Source of the DNA: an unicellular cyanobacterium SU2
GTDB lineage: Bacteria; Cyanobacteriota; Cyanobacteriia; Cyanobacteriales; Microcystaceae
Reading direction: 5' to 3'
Assembly: GCA_002110465.1 (NCBI GenBank)
Contig: NEED01000023.1
Span: forward strand, 621,287 to 653,286
DNA length: 32,000 nucleotides
Numbering within the stretch: position 1 is the stretch's first letter; the number at the start of each line of letters is the position of its first letter. Below the pieces are notes generated by a model that saw only the letters and a program-made list of their open reading frames with translations, made no database searches and was not told the DNA's origin. Positions 26,201 to 32,000 of this stretch are shown in pieces. The position numbers and the translations under genes are program-made.

Positions 26201-26409
26201 GAGATAACATTGAGATAGTTTATAGAGGGTTAATTAAAAGATCAGCTTAATTTTAATGAAGACCTGCTTGACTAAGCAAGGAAAATTGACAATTAGCTTA
26301 AGTCACTTAGGGGAATTATTAAGTGCTAATTCTATTGTAACCCCTTCATTTTTTAAAGTTAAGGATTAATCAATTATATATTTTTCAAACCCAAAAAACA
26401 CCCTCAACG

Positions 26410-26423
26410 AATTCTTAAGAATT
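26410..26423. promoter_or_regulatory. Perfect 14-bp palindrome upstream of the response-regulator gene
   Basis: AATTCTTAAGAATT is a perfect palindrome about 100 bp upstream of the GTG start at 26525. TTGACA lies at about 26468-26473 downstream of it. Confidence 0.2.
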
Positions 26424-26524
26424 TCTTCGGAAGTGGACAAAAATGCCGTAGCAGATGTTACAAATTCTTGACATTGTCTCTGTTAGCCTTATGGGTGTTT
26501 ATTTTAAAAGGAATCTAAACTAAG

Positions 26525-27340
26525 GTGAATCTGATTTATATTGCTATCGTTGAGGGGAATCCTCACCTGCGATCGCTTTTGGGTTGGCACTTGCAGCAAG
26601 CGGGTTACATGGCTCAGCAATGCGCGAATCTCCAGCAAGCTCGTAATGCTTTCGTTCATCGCTTGCCTTCCTTAGTTATCCTCGACTCCGACCTTCCTGA
26701 TGGAGATGGGATAGAATTGTGTCAATGGCTGCATAATCAGAAGCAGTCCCTGATTTTGATTCTCTCTGCTCGTAACAGCGAAAAAGATATCGTTCGAGGA
26801 CTGAACGCCGGAGCCGATGATTATCTGAGTAAGCCCTTTGGGATGCAAGAATTTATGGCAAGGGTTGAAGCCCTGATTAGGCGTTTACGGGTGGCTTCTG
26901 CTCCTCTGTATCTTGATTACGGGGATTTAAAAATTGATTTAGTTCAGCGTCGCGTACAATACCGAGGGGATTTTGTAGACCTAACTCCCCAGGAATTTAG
27001 TTTGTTATATGTTCTGGCTCAAGCAGAAGGCAATCCCTTGAGTCGTTCCGAACTATTACAAAGAGCTTGGCCTGAAGCCATTGATAATCCACGAACCATT
27101 GATACCCATGTTCTTTCCTTACGAAAGAAAATTGAAACCGATCCTCGACAACCGAGCCTCATTCAAACCGTTCGCAACGTCGGCTATCGCTTTAATTCAG
27201 AAGTGCTGTACGATGCGTCAGCGTCTCCTGCCGCTCCTCCGATTGGCACTCAAGTGAGTCCCAAAAGTTCGAGTCCCATGGCTGTTGATAGTCATGATCC
27301 CCACCGCTCGAATATCCACTCAACGTCTTTGATTAAATAA
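26525..27340 (+). CDS. OmpR-family response regulator (receiver plus winged helix), NblR-like, with a degenerate acidic pocket and a Ser/Pro-rich C-terminal extension
   Basis: The receiver has the phospho-acceptor context VILDSDLPDGDG, conserved Ser (LSAR) and Lys (SKPF), but IVEGNP where DD/DE normally sits. The wHTH is LTPQEFSLLYVL...VRNVGYRF. About 45 extra residues (ASASPAAPPIGTQVSPKSSSP...) follow. The start is GTG. Confidence 0.82.
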   Translation: MNLIYIAIVEGNPHLRSLLGWHLQQAGYMAQQCANLQQARNAFVHRLPSLVILDSDLPDGDGIELCQWLHNQKQSLILILSARNSEKDIVRGLNAGADDYLSKPFGMQEFMARVEALIRRLRVASAPLYLDYGDLKIDLVQRRVQYRGDFVDLTPQEFSLLYVLAQAEGNPLSRSELLQRAWPEAIDNPRTIDTHVLSLRKKIETDPRQPSLIQTVRNVGYRFNSEVLYDASASPAAPPIGTQVSPKSSSPMAVDSHDPHRSNIHSTSLIK

Positions 27341-27388
27341 GGGATAGGTCACAAATGGTATTGATGGGCAACGTTGGTCAGACACCGA

Positions 27389-28894
27389 TTAGCTGTTGCT
27401 GTCAATTTGTCGGACTGCCGTCAATGCTGAATAACTAACCCCTGCGGTTCCTTCCCCTGGATGGGTAGAATCTCCCACTAACCAAAGATGATTGACAGGG
27501 GTTCGAGTCGCAATCCCAAAAGGACCAAAAGTAGAAACCCGTTGACCAATTCCACCAACAACCCCCTTATCTCTAGCGGTAAAGCGAGCAAACGTACAAG
27601 GCGTAGCCCCTTCTTGGTGGATAATAGTGGTTGGGGTGAGATGGAAATAGGCACTTAAACGGGCGATCGCCTCTGCCATATATTGTTGCTTTAGGCTTTG
27701 ATAAGCTTCTGGGGTTCTATCGAACCAAATTTGAGGATCAGTAAACGAAGAAGCAATGATGGTGGCTTTTCCCTCAGGGGCCCGTCCATCTCCTGGTTGA
27801 CTGACAGAAACAAACAGAGAATTATTCTCCCCAATCGGACTATTATGATCATAAAGAAATTGTAAATGGGGAGAACAGTCTTCGGGAATTGCTTGACAAT
27901 CAACACCTAAATAGACCACAAATGCCCCTGATGGTTGGGGAAGTTTTTCGACACGGTTTTGATAAAGTTTCCAGAAGGGAGAAGGGGAAATATCTAATAA
28001 TTTGACTAGATTTTGAACAGTGACATTAGCAACGACATGATGGGCGGCTTCTGTCCAAGTTTTTCCAGTTTTCTGATGGCGGATAGTGACTTGTGTCACA
28101 TGGTTATTCTGGGTGTGAATTTGTTCAATACTATGGCCTAGTTTGAGTTTTCCTCCATGTTTTTCTAAGGCTTCTACTAGGCGATCGCTTAATACTTGCA
28201 TACTTCCGTGAAGATGGGATAGTCCTTGGGGAGCTTGGGAAACTCCTAACGCAGTAGCAGCATACAATAAGGCCGTTTCATCAGCAGTCACTTGGGAATA
28301 AAGCTTTAATTGTAAGTCGAGAAAGGTTTTAAGCCGTTGATCATCTTTTATTCCATACAAGCGTAAAGCATCTCCCACGGTCATTAAAGTAAAGGGAACT
28401 GTGACCAATGTATCTAAGCGCAACGCAGAAATTAATTGCCAGAGATCCCAACTATTTCGCGGCGGTAAAACGGGATCTCGTCCTTGGAACTTCCAACTAG
28501 CACGGAATAATTTAGCCATCAATTGCCAAAACGGTTCACTTCCCGGAAACTGTTTTTGTCTTTCACGTTGCCATTGTTGGGGATCTCGCCAGACTTTAAT
28601 GGGTTCGGTTTCTCCTGGTAAAAAGACGGCACAAGCAGGATTACAGGGGGTGGCCAGAGGAAGATCTACTCCTAATTCCTCAAAAATTCGCTGGTGAATG
28701 CCCCCAGGTTCTAACCCTGCAACTTGGGTTGCACCAACATCGAAGGTAAACCCCCGTCGCTTAAAGGTAGACGCGCATCCCCCAGGAACCCATGCTTGCT
28801 CATAAATAGTGACATCATATCCCCGACAGGCTAATAAAGCCCCTGCGGTTAATCCTCCAATTCCTGCTCCAATGACGATAATAGGATCTGCCAT
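27389..28894 (-). CDS. crtD: FAD-dependent carotenoid desaturase/isomerase family protein, CrtD-like (C-3',4' desaturase)
   Basis: 501 aa. N-terminal IIVIGAGIGGLTAGALLACRGYDVTIYEQAWVPGGCASTFKRRGFTFDVGATQVAGLEPGG is an FAD dinucleotide fold and closely resembles remembered Synechocystis slr1293. The C-terminal GDSTHPGEG motif is present. Confidence 0.7.
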   Translation of the reverse strand: MADPIIVIGAGIGGLTAGALLACRGYDVTIYEQAWVPGGCASTFKRRGFTFDVGATQVAGLEPGGIHQRIFEELGVDLPLATPCNPACAVFLPGETEPIKVWRDPQQWQRERQKQFPGSEPFWQLMAKLFRASWKFQGRDPVLPPRNSWDLWQLISALRLDTLVTVPFTLMTVGDALRLYGIKDDQRLKTFLDLQLKLYSQVTADETALLYAATALGVSQAPQGLSHLHGSMQVLSDRLVEALEKHGGKLKLGHSIEQIHTQNNHVTQVTIRHQKTGKTWTEAAHHVVANVTVQNLVKLLDISPSPFWKLYQNRVEKLPQPSGAFVVYLGVDCQAIPEDCSPHLQFLYDHNSPIGENNSLFVSVSQPGDGRAPEGKATIIASSFTDPQIWFDRTPEAYQSLKQQYMAEAIARLSAYFHLTPTTIIHQEGATPCTFARFTARDKGVVGGIGQRVSTFGPFGIATRTPVNHLWLVGDSTHPGEGTAGVSYSALTAVRQIDSNS

Positions 28895-29107
28895 GGTTGC
28901 TCGATTTACATTTCTTAATATGTCCTGTTATGATTGTAACGTTTTCTTAATATTGTTCCCTTCTCCAACAATGGGTTGATGTTTCCCCACCCACTTATCT
29001 AAGTACGCTGATTCCCAAATCTCACGATAACTTAAAGAAGAGTTGAAGATAAGTTTTGATCAAAGCCACAACCTTAGCATAATAGCTGTAGTAGAACCCA
29101 GAAGCCA

Positions 29108-29890
29108 ATGAAAACCTATCTACAAGTCTTACGGTTATTTTGGACGACAGCGATCGCGTCAGAATTAGAATATCGATTAAATTTTGTTATTGCTATGATT
29201 AGCAGCTTAGCTAATTTAATTGGAAGTTTATTTAGTTTATTTTTATTTTATAGAAACGGCTACACTTTTCAAGGATGGACTTGGGAGGAAGCCCTAATAG
29301 TGGTAGGAATATTTACTTTATTGCAAGGAGTTTCTGCCACGTTTCTAGTCCCTAATCTTAATCGAATTGTCGAGCAAGTGGAAAAGGGAACCCTCGATTT
29401 TGTTTTATTGAAACCGATTAGTAGTCAGTTTTGGTTATCCTGTCGAATTTTATCTCCTTGGGGATTTTCTGATTTAATTTTTGGTATGGTCATTATTTTT
29501 TATGGGGGGTCTAAATTAGGGTTAACTCTAGAAGACTATTTACTCGGTAGTCTTACGATGATTTTTGGTGTTTTTATTTTGTATAGTATTTGGTTTATCT
29601 TAGGAGCAACCAGTGTTTGGTTTGTCAAAATTTATAATGTTACTGAAGTTCTTAGGGGATTATTAGAAGCGGGAAGATATCCGATGGTTGCCTATCCAGT
29701 AGCTTATCGTATTTTCTTTACTTTTATAATTCCTGTTGCTTTTTTAACAACTGTTCCCGCAGAAGCCATGTTAGGAAGAAGTCAGGGACTATGGATTTTA
29801 GCAGCCATGATCATAGGAATTGTTCTATTGATAGTATCTCATTATTTTTGGCAGTTTGCCCTTCGTTTTTATACCAGTGCCTCAAGTTAA
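29108..29890 (+). CDS. ABC-2 family transporter permease (DUF990/ABC2_membrane_6-like)
   Basis: 260 aa with six hydrophobic segments. The N-terminal ...ELEYRLNF... motif is typical of this permease family. Confidence 0.72.
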   Translation: MKTYLQVLRLFWTTAIASELEYRLNFVIAMISSLANLIGSLFSLFLFYRNGYTFQGWTWEEALIVVGIFTLLQGVSATFLVPNLNRIVEQVEKGTLDFVLLKPISSQFWLSCRILSPWGFSDLIFGMVIIFYGGSKLGLTLEDYLLGSLTMIFGVFILYSIWFILGATSVWFVKIYNVTEVLRGLLEAGRYPMVAYPVAYRIFFTFIIPVAFLTTVPAEAMLGRSQGLWILAAMIIGIVLLIVSHYFWQFALRFYTSASS

Positions 29891-29930
29891 TTTGTATTAT
29901 GATAGATAGAGATTTTTCCTGTTGTCAAAA

Positions 29931-30713
29931 ATGCACCATAACCCAGTTTTAATTCAAAATCTAAGCCATAATTATCCCGACGGGACTTCTTCTCTAAATG
30001 GGATTAACTTATCAATTCAAGCCGGAGAGAGAGTGGCCTTAATTGGGGCTAATGGCTCAGGAAAATCTACCTTGCAACTCCATCTTAACGGAATTTTTTT
30101 GCCCCAGTCTGGAAAAATTAAAATAGGTCAATGGGAAGTAAATAGTCAAAATCTCACGCAAATTCGTAATTTTGTCGGTTTAGTCTTTCAAAATCCTGAT
30201 AATCAGCTATTTATGCCTACCGTATGGGATGACATTGCTTTTGGTCCAAAAAATGGTGGGATTAAGGGAAAAGAACTACAATTGCGCGTTTTAGAGGCCA
30301 TGGAAGCGGTAAACATTGATCCTCATACTTATGGATCAAAGAACCCTGACAATTTATCAGGGGGGGAAAAAAAGCGAGTGGCGATCGCTGGAGTTTTAGC
30401 CATGCAACCTCAAGTATTGGTGTTAGATGAACCTTCAGCCCAACTTGATCCCAGTTCCCGTCGTTATTTAATCAATTTATTACAGACCCTTTCTTTGACG
30501 CAATTAATTGCCACCCATGATCTCGACTTAGCTTGGGAATTGTGCGATCGCACCGTTATTCTTAGCCAAGGTGAGATTGTCTATGATGGCTATACGGATC
30601 AGGTAATGAGCGATCGAGATTTTTTGGAAAAACACGCTTTAGAACCCCCCCTAAGCTATAGTCGTCCTTACTGTAACTTGGAAGATGCACCTAAACTGAA
30701 CAAACAAGATTAA
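29931..30713 (+). CDS. ECF-type (CbiO/EcfA-like) ABC transporter ATP-binding protein
   Basis: Walker A GANGSGKST, then VFQNPDNQLFMPTVWDDIAFGPKN (EcfA/CbiO hallmark), LSGGEKKRVAIAGVLAM and VLVLDEPSAQLDP. ATG at 29931 is preferred over TTG at 29922. Confidence 0.85.
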   Translation: MHHNPVLIQNLSHNYPDGTSSLNGINLSIQAGERVALIGANGSGKSTLQLHLNGIFLPQSGKIKIGQWEVNSQNLTQIRNFVGLVFQNPDNQLFMPTVWDDIAFGPKNGGIKGKELQLRVLEAMEAVNIDPHTYGSKNPDNLSGGEKKRVAIAGVLAMQPQVLVLDEPSAQLDPSSRRYLINLLQTLSLTQLIATHDLDLAWELCDRTVILSQGEIVYDGYTDQVMSDRDFLEKHALEPPLSYSRPYCNLEDAPKLNKQD

Positions 30714-31473
30714 CTCTTTTTAATTTGTTTACGCCACTGAGTAATTCAATTAAGGATGGTCTAATTAAACACCTAACAGTATCAGAAGTAGGTGTTTTAT
30801 CTACTTTTTCATCCAAAGGTTCACAACATTCTTCAATTTCTCTCGCTGCACAGTCTAAATAACCACCACATTTTTTATATAATGGCTTATCGTTAGACTG
30901 TGAAGGTGCTTCTTGATAAGCTTCTTCTAATAAGTCTTTAACCCTTTCAATTTCAGGATATTTATCTATTAATGATGCTTTATCAAATTCAGAAGAAAAA
31001 GGATTTTCTGCTATAAAACGACGAAATATACTATAAGTTTGATAGGGTAAATCATATTTTTTAATTTCTTCCATCAACCGAGGAAGATAACTTTGATTAT
31101 TATCAATTTCTAAACTTAAACTATACTCAATTGCATAATCTTCACATTCCTCCGATGGTTTTGTCATATCCTCAATTAAAGGTTCATCAGGAAAATCAAC
31201 CCATTAACAAAAATCGGGTTCTACTGTTTCTACTGAATGTCTCGCTTTTTCAACTAAATTGAGAATAGAAGCATGACGCATTTTTCCATTCCTCAAGATC
31301 CATTTAATGCTTAATTGTTCAAACGCTTCGTGTAAAGGTTGAGGAAAGGGTTGAGAATCATTAACGAGATAAGCCGGTTCTCCTCTGTTAATGCGATCGC
31401 AGATTTCTACTAATCCTTTACACAATTTAATCGGTAAAATCTCTTTTTCTGTTTTATATTTTGCCATATTCAC
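30691..31473 (-). pseudogene. Single reading frame interrupted by one in-frame TAA (listed as two ORFs of 89 and 158 aa); unknown function, possibly decaying
   Basis: The 36 nt between the ORFs (31168-31203) are in the same frame: ...VETVEPDFC-TAA-WVDFPDEPLIED-MTKPSEE.... The 3' end overlaps the convergent ATPase gene by 23 nt. I recognise no family. Confidence 0.45.
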
Positions 31474-31877
31474 TGAAATATCTGAATATAGTTAATTATA
31501 CTACTCTCACTTACTGATATCGCTACGCATTGACCAGTCGTTCAGGAAATTATGAGACGGGATATGTCAAATTGTAAATTTTTTGCTAATAATGTTTAGA
31601 GATGGCTGAAAACAAGCCTCACCTATAATTTCTCAGATTCAAAGAAGTTTAGGTTAAGCTTGTGCTACTTTAAGAAACGTTAATAATTCACCAATTAACT
31701 CTCTAGTTGGTGTACAGGTCTGAAACAAGCCCTCACGAAAAAGTCAAGTCAGTTAACCTGAAAGGCTTTTCTCTGGTCTCATCCTATAAGACAATGGGTT
31801 AAATGACCTAAACTAGAAAACACAAACGTTAAGAAATCTTGCCATCGATTTCAGTTTCAGCAAGAGGATTAAACTCT

Positions 31878-32000
31878 ATGACTATTGCAGTCGGACGCGC
31901 CCCCCAGAGAGGATGGTTTGATGTCCTCGATGACTGGCTCAAGCGCGATCGCTTTGTATTCGTTGGTTGGTCTGGTTTATTACTCTTCCCCTGTGCTTAC
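31878..32000 (+). CDS. psbD: Photosystem II D2 protein, N-terminal 41 codons (continues beyond the window)
   Basis: My translation [41 protein letters not shown] is the canonical D2 N-terminus. Confidence 0.95.
   Translation, partial: MTIAVGRAPQRGWFDVLDDWLKRDRFVFVGWSGLLLFPCAY

Noticed and set aside
28895-29107. Checked the spacer upstream of the ABC-2 permease/CbiO-type ATPase for a cobalamin riboswitch. Other leaders were checked for preQ1/THF-type elements (queC, folE).
   Set aside because: No B12-box-like core and no conserved multi-stem architecture is visible by eye. Only a GCCAC fragment is present. A covariance-model scan (Rfam/Infernal) would be needed to exclude it formally.

Overview
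This is an AT-rich cyanobacterial chromosomal segment. The assignment rests on psbD, ado, acsF, petF, bvdR and crtD-like genes and on many copies of the HIP1 octamer GCGATCGC (e.g. 76-83, 800-807, 6661-6668, 6683-6690, 25043-25050). I support about 40 protein-coding genes, nearly all core metabolism or housekeeping. They include queC, a Tat-signal carotenoid-cleavage oxygenase with a DUF1400 partner, an HpnJ-like radical SAM enzyme, aldehyde-deformylating oxygenase (ado), AcsF cyclase and an ABC-F ATPase. Also present are an NfeD/SPFH pair, folE plus a His-rich COG0523 GTPase, a CheY-like receiver, biliverdin reductase and ferredoxin. The remainder comprise a WCGLC thioredoxin, BolA plus a CGFS glutaredoxin, an OmpR-family regulator, a CrtD-like desaturase, an ABC-2 permease plus an EcfA-type ATPase, and the 5' end of psbD. 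I saw no rRNA, tRNA or CRISPR array and no intact mobile element. The only clear accessory DNA is a decayed ISL3 transposase fragment at about 11.95-13.0 kb. It is fused in frame to the C-terminal remnant of an RTX-type calcium-binding protein, next to a GC-rich structured repeat. I did not find a convincing self-contained novel multi-gene system. The best leads are four: (1) a translationally coupled pair of exported proteins, Sec-signal DUF1400 plus Tat-signal carotenoid oxygenase; (2) a zinc-themed locus with a Fur/Zur-like 7-1-7 box, folE, a terminator-like hairpin, a His-rich COG0523 gene and an unlisted divergent 49-aa CxxCxGxG mini-protein; (3) the IS/RTX chimeric scar; (4) a reading frame split by a single in-frame stop next to psbD. 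All functional calls come from reading the translations and remembered family motifs. No database search was run.
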